Shown piece after piece: positions 1 through 11,014 of a stretch of 64,000 bases of DNA (the stretch's first letter is position 1; every line of letters starts with the position of its first letter). Both the position numbers and the translations under genes were made by a program. This stretch comes from Tubiluchus corallicola. Taxonomy: Eukaryota; Animalia; Priapulida. Location: positions 185,489-249,488 of the forward strand of contig JAQGDQ010000350.1 of assembly GCA_030141605.1 (NCBI GenBank), in the 5' to 3' direction. The notes under the pieces were generated by a model. That model worked only from the letters and a program-made list of their open reading frames with translations, was not told the origin of the DNA and did no database searches.

Positions 1-886
1 GCCGTTGGGTCACTTCACCTCCTCCGCCCTCTAGCCGTTGGCTGCTTGTGCAGTTTCACCGCCTGGTGTCGAGATACAGTGTGGGCATCCCGATTATATA
101 ATATATAATATAATTGTGTGTACCAGACTATGCATTTTGGGGTTATATAGACTATATATTACAGTTCACTTATTATTGTCTTCATTAGTTAATGTTGGTG
201 TCAACGTTTTCACAATGTTTTAATAATAAACTATAATTACTTTTTATTTCTTTCTACATCTAAAACGTCAAATTCGTCCAGGTAATCACTCGCATTTTTT
301 AAAACAAAACACAAGGCAAAGCAACGGTTTATAAGCAAGAATGGAATGCATTCATTAAAAGCTGGTTTTTGGTACCTTCATGAGTAGTACTGTTTTGTTG
401 TTTACACTTACATGAACATAGTAACATTGCATTATTGCATACTTACATGAATTGTATGTTTTTTATACTTACCAAAGTAACACTACTTTCCGGATTACGT
501 GCGCAGAAAGACCATGGGTTGTAATATCGAGAGCAGCGACCTGTATTTGACACTATTAAACGAGCCTTTTTCAAATGATTTCCTGTTGGTAAACCTAAGA
601 AAAAGTAGTAAATATGTCAGGTGGCGCAGAGAATGTGCCAAAGTTTTGGTCACGTGAGAACAAAATTACAAATTCCTTTCAGAATTACTTCGTTGATATT
701 ACAGATGATTATGTACACTCGTGTTTTACGCAAAACAGCCTTTAAATAAAGCAGCGGAGCAATTAAATCTGTAAACCAAAATACCAATATCGCGGCGAAA
801 GCACTCAGCGAAAGTTGAAAAAAGCAGCCATTGGACTGCAGACGCACGTGACGACGTCTAAATGTAAATATTTGAGTTTTGCATAC

Positions 887-3800
887 CTTCACGTTTTCCA
901 CCCCATCCCGCGACAATGACTTCTTCATTAACATAAGTGTGAACGTCACAAACTGGCAGAGTTGCAGGTTGAATATCGCTGTTAAACTTCACTTTTTTAT
1001 TCATTCTCACAAGAGCTATGTCATTAGGCTCTTCAACTGAGGCATTAAAGGGTCTATAATCAGGATGTGTTTTGTACCAAGCAACCTACAAACATACAAA
1101 ACTAATTCTCACAAGAGCTGTGTCATTAGGCTCTTCAACTGAGGCATTAAAGGGTCTATAATCAGGATGTGTTTTGTACCAAGCAACCTACAAACATACA
1201 AAACTAATTCTCACAAGAGCTATGTCACTAGACTCTTCAACCGAGGCATTAAAGGGTCTATAATCAGGATGTGTTTTGTACCAAGCAACCTACAAACATA
1301 CAAAACTAATTCTCACAAGAGCTGTGTCACTAGACTCTTCAACCGAGGCCTTAAAGGGTCTATAACCAGGATGCACTTTGTACCAAGCAACCTACAAACA
1401 TACAAAACTAATTCTCACAAGAGCTATGTCACTAGACTCTTCAACCGAGGCATTAAAGGGTCTATAATCAGGATGTGTTTTGTACCAAGCAACCTACAAA
1501 CATACAAAACTAATTCTCACAAGAGCTATGTCATTACGCTCTTCAACCGAGGCATTGAAGGGTCTATAATCAGGATGTGTTTTGTACCAAGCAACCTACA
1601 AACATACAAAACTAATTCTCACAAGAGCTATGTCATTAGACTCTTCAACTGAGGCATTAAAGGGTCTATAATCAGGATGTGTTTTGTACCAAGCAACCTA
1701 CAAACATACAAAACTAATTCTCACAAGAGCTATGTCACTAGACTCTTCAACCGAGGCATTAAAGGGTCTATAACCAGGATGCACTTTGTACCAAGCAACC
1801 TACAAACATACAAAACTAATTCTCACAAGAGCTATGTCACTAGGCTCTTCAACTGAGGCATTAAAGGGTCTATAATCAGGATGTGTTTTGTACCAAGCAA
1901 CCTACAAACATACAAAACTAATTCTCACAAGAGCTATGTCACTAGACTCTTCAACCGAGGCATTAAACGGTCTATAACCAGGATGCACTTTGTACCAAGC
2001 AACCTACAAACATACAAAACTAATTCTCACAAGAGCTATGTCACTAGGCTCTTCAACCGAGGCATTAAAGGGTCTATAATCAGGATGTGTTTTGTACCAA
2101 GCAACCTACAAACATACAAAACTAATTCTCACAAGAGCTATGTCACTAGGCTCTTCAACCGAAGCATTAAAGGGTCTATAACCAGGATGCGCTTTGTACC
2201 AAGCAACCTACAAACACACAAAACTAATTCTCACAAGAGCTACGTCACTAGGCTCTTCAACCGAGGCATTAAGGGGTATATAATCAGGATGTACTTTGTA
2301 CCAAGCAACCTACAAACATACAAAACTAAACCCTGTATATGTCAGTAAATTAATTAATCAGTCAGTAGAGCAACTACTCAGAAATTATTGAATAAGATTC
2401 AGTGAAAACGCGAAGTTTATTATTTGAGATTATGTCTTGTTTACGGCAGTCTCAGCAGAATTATGATGTGGAAACCATGGTACTAAATAAAACACTCCTT
2501 AGATGATGCTCACAAACTCCAGAGCACACACGTGATGAGAGAAGAGGCAAACAGAGACGCACCACTTTTGAGAGGCCCGGCTGTTAAATCGTGGAGAGTT
2601 GAAATCCGGTCTGTGAAGATCGAGGCTACGGTCAAATGCATGTGCTGTTATTAAACATTCATGAAAGTTTTGGAGCAGTTAAGCAGTAAGAGCTCAAACA
2701 GAGCTTTTAAGCAGTAAGAGCTCAAACAGAGCTTTTAAGCAGTAAGAGCTCAAACAGAGCTTTTAAGCAGTAAGAGCTCAAACAGAGCTTTTAAGCAGTA
2801 AGAGCTCAAACAGAGCTTTTAAGCAGTAAGAGCTCAAACAGAGCTTTTAAGCAGTAAGAGCTCAAACAGAGCTTTTAAGCAGTAAGAGCTCAAACAGAGC
2901 TTTTAAGCAGTAAGAGCTCAAACAGAGCTTTTAAGCAGTAAGAGCTCAAACAGAGCTTTTAAGCAGTATAAACTAACAGATAATTTAATAGCAACTCAAT
3001 GATGTTACAGCACAAAAATGTCATGCTTATTGTTTAGCAGTTAGGAACATTATCCTCTGATGTATGTCTTCATGTGATTGCATGTATCATCTACTCCTTT
3101 AACCCTTTCTGTCCCAAATTATTTTTTTAATAAGAAATTTTTTTTTGGCTTGGTACTTTTGTTCAGTATGTCCATCTTGTTTACACATAATAATTATTTT
3201 TTTCTACTTGTGCCCGTGTGCTAAACATAGCCTGTATCCCGATATAGCCGATAATTTTTTAAAGTTTTCAAGACATTTAGTATGCACGCTATGCTGATCT
3301 GTACAAAGTCGTCTCTAAAGTACTGTTCCTTGCGCAGTTTTTTATGCTATGTAGATTTCTTAGTTTGCCAATTTTTCACCATTTTAGTCTATTGTTATTG
3401 GCTTAAATCAAAATAACTATTAGCAGATCAAATAACTGTCAGTTTTAAAATTTTATTAACTTTAAAGGCAGAAAATATTCTCGTATCCCACGGGTTACAA
3501 CGGGTATGAAAGGGTTAATAAACTTCTACTGCATAGTTACTCCAGTTATTTGGGGCGCCATGATTGCGTTTTCCCTGTACAACCGACATCACAAGACGAA
3601 CCATAAAGCATTGCAAATAAAAGCAAAGCTAATTAACACAGCAACTTACTTAACCCCCCCCCCCCCCTACTAATGACATGGCAGTTACCACACCCAATAA
3701 GATACTTTAACCGTGTTCAGCAAAAATTATTAAACAAAGGAGTTTCCATTAAAGAACAATAGTTAATACAGAAATAAATGATCCTGAAAAAGTCTAGGTG

Positions 3801-6386
3801 ATGCCGAATACATCACTAGGAGATAAACGTGGTGCAGTGTAATGGTTTGGTGTTGATTTGTATGGTATGTTGTGGTTTACCGTGCTTTACAAGTAGTGTG
3901 GTGAGATGCATGGGTGTAACATACTGTGGCGTGGTGAGATGCATGGGTGTAACATACTGTGGTGTGGTGAGATGCATGGGTGTAACATACTGTGGTGTGG
4001 TGAGATGCATGGGTGTAACATACTGTGGCGTGGTGAGATGCATGGGTGTAACATACTGTGGCGTGGTTTGTTATGCAAAGACTTACCCAACGAATTACAG
4101 TCGTTTGAGATATCATGTTGCTTCCCAAATATATTTGCAAGTGTTCCCCCGGAGTTTCTCTGCAACACGTTGGACAAATTAGATAACCATTTGGACCAGA
4201 TGGAAAATTATTATATAGACAAATTATGTTTAACAAGCATATAACGCACAGCTATGCTATCTACTACTAAAGCTGCAAGTTTACGTACTGGCTCATAAGC
4301 ACACTGAATAGTGCCACATACCACAACTTACATGCTATCATAAATACAGTGTGATGCACAACCAACCACAACATCTCTAAGCTTACAGTTTTACTCATAA
4401 ATACTGAGAGCTGTGCTATGTACCACAACAATGACAAGTTTACATACTCGTAAATACACTGAACTGTATGTGGCATATACCATGACATCAGTAAGTTTAC
4501 ATACTCATAAACACAGTGTGTAAAGCTACATACCACAACAACGGCAAGCTTACATACTTGTAAATACAGTAAGCCGTGCCACATTCCATGACAAATGTAA
4601 GCTTACATATACTTTTTCATAAACACAGTTTATTATGCTACATACCACAACAATGACAAGCTTACATTCTTGTACTGTGAGCTGTGACACATACAATAAC
4701 AACCGTAAACTTACATATTTACTTATAAGCTCACAGTGTTGACTACAAACAGCAACTACAGTAAGCTTACTTAAGCATACTTACTGATAAACACAGTGAG
4801 CCGCAGTCAAAATCCAATTTTTATCAATGATAGTTCCTCCACAGAAGTCCTCATTTCGTTTAATAAGGCCAACCTTTAGGTAAAAATATGTAAAAGAAGC
4901 CATACAGATTGTATTGTGCTTAAGGCGATTTCTGTTTGTTTAAAATGGATGTAAAAACTTGTGTTTTAGTACCTGTACCAAGTATGACTTGTTCCTGTTT
5001 AGTTTACTTCAGCTAAGAGCATAACGTTTGATCATAATTGCTGATGCACCTCAAAAATAGTTCGTATACTAATGAGATGATTAATCTTCAAACTTTGTAA
5101 TCCAGGTCAAACAGATTCTTACTCAAAACAAATATATAAGGAACATAGCCATTCTGTGTAAATTTAAATTATTTTAACGAGTTTGATGGCAGTATTCTAT
5201 TCTTCTAAAAGCAAAAATTATATCCTATCAATAGTTACACCTAAGTTTAACAGCAACTAAGGCAAAAAGGGCTGGTCACTCCAAACTCTTTATTGATAAC
5301 CAAAAAAGCTGATTATTAAAAATTCCTTATGGCAGCATGAGAAAACATTTACTTGATTCTATATTGACCTAGAATTGTTCCTTTCCGATCAACGTTGAAT
5401 TAAAACCTGTCTTGATCACAAGGGTTGAGTGCAGTCTGGGCATTCATTGCTTGGAATTGAAACTGAAAGTTTGGCGTTCAGATCTAGATTAAGTCCTTAC
5501 TGTCTTTCTTTTTGACCAAATGTTGGTAGATAATCAATAATCATGAACTTATTTCATCCTGTTGAAGACAGCATTGCAGATGAACGGTTTTGTAAGAACC
5601 TTACTCCTTGTGGTAACATATAACTGACATTGGATATTAAATTTTCAGTATAAAAAGTTCTTAGTCCCCTACTTACTTGTTTAATAACTTTATGCATTGA
5701 ATTTCTCATTAAATTTTATACTTCTACATTCCCATATGAAAAGTGTTACACGAAATTTCAGTGTTTGTCAAAATAAGTTATTTGATATACAGACCATAAA
5801 AGGAAATTCCCTCCCAATTACATCCTCTCCTCCACGAATTCTTGGTTCAGCTGTCAACCTTGCAACTAAAACAAATCAAAAAATCAGACAACAGAGTGTA
5901 AATTATATATTCACCAGGTGTTCGGGATTTTTATGTATAAAATTATTATATACGTATACAATAATACATTCGCATCTGGGTTCGCATCCAGCTTATGCCA
6001 TGCATGGTGTATAGAGACATTTGATACTTGAGTAGTATTTGCTGGCCGCCTGCTCCACTATATATATCTATCCAATCTTTAGTTCCACTGATTTCTCTAC
6101 TCGCTATTTTAATAGGTTTTCATTATTCTGTGTACCCTTTGAGCATTTGGTTGGCTTGCCAAAGCCTAAAAAATAGAGGCTTAATAGGTAATGGAACCAA
6201 AGAATGAAGTATCTGGTACGTTTTTAAGTTTGCCTTATATAGATAGTTAGACAGTGACTGTTACGGACAAAAACCTTTGCAAAACGAACCATTAGCAGTT
6301 GTAGAAAGAGGAATTGATTTAGAAAGACTGGCATCAAACCAAAAACATGTGATACACACTAACGGAAGTAAAGCAGCTAGTTTCAT
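887..6386 (-). CDS. Secreted trypsin-like (S1A) serine protease, copy 1; 5' part only, 3' exons incl. catalytic Ser lie left of the window
   Basis: GT-AG exons in compatible phases: 6275(or 6290)-6386 MKLAALLPLVCITCFWFDASLS (signal peptide); 5795-5865 ARLTAEPR/IRGGEDVIGREFPFM; 4785-4873 VGLIKRNEDFCGGTIIDKNWILTAAHCVY (His); 4087-4159 ETPGEHLQIYLGSNMISQTTVIRW; 887-1085 VAWYKTHPDYRPFNASVEEPNDIALVRMNKKVKFNSDIQPATLPVCD...VIVAGWG (Asp). Each exon is paralogous to one in copy 2. Confidence 0.85.
1003..2328. repeat. Tandem array, 13 x 102 bp, made of the intron 3' end plus 5' part of the protease catalytic-Asp exon
   Basis: Period of 102 bp (attctcacaagagc at 1003, 1105, ...). Minus strand of each unit reads ttttgtatgtttgtAG|VAWYK(T/V)HP(D/G)YRPFNASVEE(P/S)(N/S)DIALVR. 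Confidence 0.95.
2681..2968. repeat. Minisatellite, 10 x 28 bp (aagcagtaagagctcaaacagagctttt)
   Basis: Identical-looking units read directly; each holds an internal inverted repeat aagagctc-aaaca-gagctttt. Confidence 0.95.
3103..3514. mobile_element. piggyBac-like non-autonomous element (MITE)
   Basis: TTAA on both sides; imperfect TIRs ccctttctgtccc / gggtatgaaaggg. Confidence 0.65.
3896..4067. repeat. Minisatellite, about 5 x 33 bp (gtggtgagatgcatgggtgtaacatactgtgg[c/t])
   Basis: Direct repeats visible; they explain the overlapping periodic ORFs at 3816-4244. Confidence 0.9.
4265..4800. repeat. Degenerate tandem repeat (about 55-60 bp unit) derived from the His-exon end and donor site
   Basis: Recurring aag(c/t)ttacatact(c/t)(a/g)taaa(c/t)acag; the minus strand gives HCVYE/QCIYE-type sequence followed by gtatgt, like the real exon end HCVY|gtaagt. 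Confidence 0.6.
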
Positions 6387-9300
6387 CTATGGCTCGCAGA
6401 TCTTCCTGAAAAGGATAATCCAAAAAGATTAATAATCGGCCAACAATAATGCAAAACAGGCATAACAATTCCATATATTAGATTGCAATAATTAGTCCAT
6501 CAATATTTTATTTATCAGCAAATATGTTACGGCGATCTGTATAGTTTAGAGGTATGGTTTCTGTATTTCATGTAAGTGGGTGGCATGGTTCGACACTCGC
6601 TCTGGGCGAGATAATGTGTAAATATAAATCCACTGTTTTCTCATCTTAGAGATCAATATCCTTACATTAAGTCACGTTCAAGTGACGTCACAACATTTGT
6701 GTCGACCAGCAGGCCTATCTCTGACTACCCTCTGGTGTACAGTGTGCCTAGGCCAATATGAATACCTGCTTTTTCCATTTTTTGGAAAATTAAAAACTAC
6801 CCATTTCTTAGAACTGTAGACCGTGATCTGCGCCTAGCAATTCAGCCAATTGGAAAAAGGAGGTTCCAATTCAGATCCATAACCCAACATCAAGGATGCA
6901 AGTAGAGAGGTTAATATTTACAAATTTCCACAATTTTTTGCTAGAAAGACACTTGCCTGATGCCCAGTTGAAGGCAGGCATGTGTGATTTTCAACCGCAG
7001 ACTAATAAAAAACAAAAAATAAACCACGCTAACAATGGCCGGTCCTTTATTAATAAACGGTAAACGCAGTTAGGCAATAAACACCTAACTACCATTTTTT
7101 TATCAAAGTTTATCGACCTCATAACAGAATTACCAACATAGAAGTAAAACAATCATCGTACTTTCACAGTTACAACAGGGGCGTCGTGCACAAAAAAAAA
7201 TTAGTCGGGCCCGACTGTATATAATGACGAAATTTAACTGTTTAAAAAACGTATAACTTTGAATTCCCACACAGTATTGTGCGTACAAGAAAAACGATTT
7301 ATTTATTCCCAACTGGCATTTAACTTAAAGCTATAGCAACGGAAACTTAATTAAAATTACAATGTTACAATGAGTAACATAAACTTACAAAAACCTAAAC
7401 CCTTAAAAAGTACATATTGTGACATATACCCACTCCAGCAGTACTGCATTTAGAAATTTAAAATTAATTGTACCACGAAACATGTAGAATGTAGATAGTC
7501 CACAGAAATAGTCTCAATTGCAAAAACAATAATGACTCAAATGTTATGCAAAAACTCAATTATCATCCAAAAAATACTGTCACTGTAAGAAGTTCATAAC
7601 AAACAAATTACACAAGTTTTCAAACTAGACTAGGCGCTGATAGTGATTACAAAAACTGTACTTACTGTAATGTCCACTACTGACACTTGAGGAGAGAGAA
7701 TAAACAAACTTGAAAGAATTTCCAACAAATAGCAGATGGCGTGTGAGTTATGACACTAAACATATTGATAATTAGCACGTAACTGAACAAACTCTGCTTA
7801 TAGAATCTATAGAAAAAATAATTTAACGATTCAAAGTAATGTTATGCCTGGCATACCAGTTATGACAAAAACTTACCAGGCGAAAGCTACATTAAAGTGC
7901 TACTTGTACCCATAATATCAACGTTCTGTTATATCTTTGATCAGTTTTGCATTGTCTGAATTTCGAACAATATTTTTGGCTCCATATAGAATTGTAAATT
8001 ATTATTATTAATACCTTGAAGGCCAATATACCATTGTTTTACGTAATTTCCTGAATTCTAGCTGCAAGAAAGCGAATGAAAGTATAGAATGGTTAAGTAA
8101 ATAGCTACTGCTGCTGCTGCAGCTTCCGATACTGCTATGACGGCTGTGCTATTACTTCTACTATGCTAGTAGTTGTATGCTACCGGGCATTCATACTGTG
8201 ACATTTTATTTCATGGTGTCAGAAAATGCAAAATTGTGGCCGGACAACGTAACAATTAGTTTCGCTTCCGTAAATTAACTTTCGAACAAGAGAGAATAAG
8301 CAAGCTTGCATAAATTTCCAAGAAATAATGCCATGTGAGTTGTGACGTTGAAAATATTTAAAATCACTATGAAGGTACGCTAACGACTCGGATCCTAGAT
8401 AATGCCAGCCATACCTGTTATGACAAAAAGTTGGAGTGCCAACACTACATGAAAAAGCTGCTTGAATCCATAATACCAACATTCTTTTCTGTCATTGAAA
8501 AGTTTTTCATTGTCTAGAAGTTAAAACCATTGTTTATGTTTAAATAAGATTGTAAATTATTATTATTTTTAGTATGAATACTTTAACATCCAATAAACCA
8601 TTGTTTTGTGTAGTTTCCTGAATACTACCTACAAGAAAGCGAGAGAAAGTCTGTGACGTCCCAATGTCTGTTCGTATTGTTCCAGCTATTGCTTCTGCTT
8701 CTACCACTGCTGATACTTCTGCTGCTGCTGCTTCTACTACTGCAGTTGCCATTATTACTGATGATAGTGCTAAGCATTTATATTTGGAGGTGAAAGGTTT
8801 CATTGCCCAGATAATGCAAATGCAAGTAGATAGTTTTGGTTTCATAAGCTAAGTTTTGAACACGCTTGTCATTAGTTCACGGTCCCAGATTGATGGTCAA
8901 GATTCATGCTAATCTATGATTTCGGCAAGCATATTAGAAAATAGCTAAGACTTATTTTGTGCATCTTCAAAGACATTCGTAGGATCATGAAAACCTGCTC
9001 TCACTAAGCAACGATTACATTATTTTTGGTAATTTTTAGGTTTCTACTCCTCACACAATTGGGATTTCGTGTAAAATTATGCAAATATGAAATGCATTTA
9101 TTTACGTTAGACAAGTTAAAATTTGATTTTTGACAAAAAAAAAACTGAAAAAAGTTTTCAACAACTGCAGCATGTGCATCATAAAAATGTATAATATCAC
9201 GTGTGTATCGGCTAATGCAGAAAATTTCAGTAGCTCAGAAAACAGCACTCTGATATGTTTTGGTCTCTATTTCTAAAGAGAAATTCCTGTTAAAAGATGA

Positions 9301-9977
9301 GACGACCTTAATTTGTCATTGAGTGGTTGGCTATCTTTTCCCAGATGGAAAAAGTTGGCTTTTTATGGCATATTTTTCTTTTAAAAGTTCGACTTCCAGT
9401 ATTTCTATTATATTCCTTTTATTCTCTTCGAATTCAAATTAATATTCACTTTAGGTGGTTGCTTTTGCGCAAAACCTCAAAACCTAAAAAACAAAATGTC
9501 GAGAAGTAAACGCTGGAAAAAATTGAGTGTTCGTTATTGCTAAAATTTACAGCACGTGGTCTAATTGTCCACAAGTTTTTGCCTCAAACTAAGCGAAGGC
9601 CTTACTTCCAGCAGCTAGAGAAGTTTATCACTACTTTGGTTCCAACATTTCACAGTTTTTGTCTTTGGTTCCTCTACATTAAACAGCTCTGTTTAGTTAT
9701 TGCACACTATCTTATGGTTTAAGACAACTTTTTGTTCTCTACAAATCTTTATCACTACTTTATTTTGTTTGACGATGACCATGTAAACAGATTGATTCCT
9801 TTATAGTTTTCTGAAGTGTCAACGACCCTATTTTTCAGTTGATGATTATATCTGACATTGTTCTGGTATTTAGTCTTTTAACATACAAAAGTTTTTCGGC
9901 CATAACCTAAAAACCACTAGTACCATAAACCAGTAACTTTCAACGCCAAGTGTTGATGTATACCATGTGTACAATAT

Positions 9978-10667
9978 GTGAAAGCTATCCTTCGTAAAAC
10001 GGATATTATCTCTGACGACCTCGTGAACACAAAACAACATATCAGGGATTCCGAGAGAACTAAACTGTGCACCTATCTCTATCTGAATCCCGAACTATCT
10101 GTCAGTGCAATGTATAGCGTTAAAGTGAATGAGCTCCATAGGATTAAAACATCTCGGTTACGCCTCTCCTCACATAACCTAGCTATTGAGACGAGAAGAT
10201 GGGCAAGGATAAAAAGAGAGGACAGGCTATGCTCCTGTTCTGGCTTAAACATTCAAACAGAAGAGCATGTTATCTGTTTTTGTCCACTTACTAATCACCT
10301 TCGTGAAGATAACACTGAGCTGAGCTTCAACGTTTTGCATGAATTTTTCAATGGAAACCCAAACTCATATTGTGAATTTGTAAATAACTGTTTAGCGATT
10401 TTTGGACAGTAATGATCATGTTAGGCGATAATAAGTGGGTAGTGAGAATGTATAAATAATTCTTCAGTTATTTTTTTTGACAGTAATGATCATGTTAGGC
10501 GATAATAAGTGTGTAGTGAGAATGTGTAAATAATTCTTCAGTTATTTTTTTTGACAGGAATGATCATGTTATATGATCAAAAGTCCTTTTTTTGTAATGA
10601 TCTATGGACTGAACCAAATGTTCAACTATCTGTTAATCAGTCAATAAACATATATATATATATATAG
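9978..10667 (+). mobile_element. 3' fragment of a non-LTR retrotransposon (LINE ORF2 C-terminus plus 3' UTR)
   Basis: RLRLSSHNLAIETRRW...RLCSC...QTEEHVICFCP is a typical LINE C-terminal zinc-knuckle region; the 3' UTR has a 73-bp-scale duplication, then aataaa and a (TA)n tail. Confidence 0.75.
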
Positions 10668-11014
10668 GAATGTCATGCTGTGAAACTTTATAACACACTT
10701 GCTTCTAATATTATTAAAGTCTAAACTTTGGCAGTTTTTTTGCGCCCTTCGGAATCTAAATGTGGCCGAGAGACGTAGGTTGGTTCAGCGGACGGGGATT
10801 CATGTGAAATGCGTTATCACACATTACAATTAATTAACAAGTTAACATAAAAGCAGTGAAGTCCAAATTACACTTTTCTTGTATAAGATGTATTACTTTT
10901 TATACAAAACAACATTGTGTAATCAGGATATTTGTAACAAAAAAGCACTAGTAATTTCTTTAAAGTTTTTGAAAAAATCATGCAGTTAGGGGTTACCGTT
11001 TTAACTTGATAAAG

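Noticed and set aside
1167-2348. Plus-strand ORFs of 161 and 155 aa with 34-aa periodicity
   Set aside because: Antisense by-product of the 102-bp array; the meaningful frame is the minus-strand protease exon.
1003-2968. CRISPR-like appearance of the regular repeats
   Set aside because: No unique spacers, no cas genes, and eukaryotic intron context.
3816-4244. Five overlapping periodic ORFs
   Set aside because: Produced by the 33-bp minisatellite; only 4087-4159 on the minus strand is a real exon.
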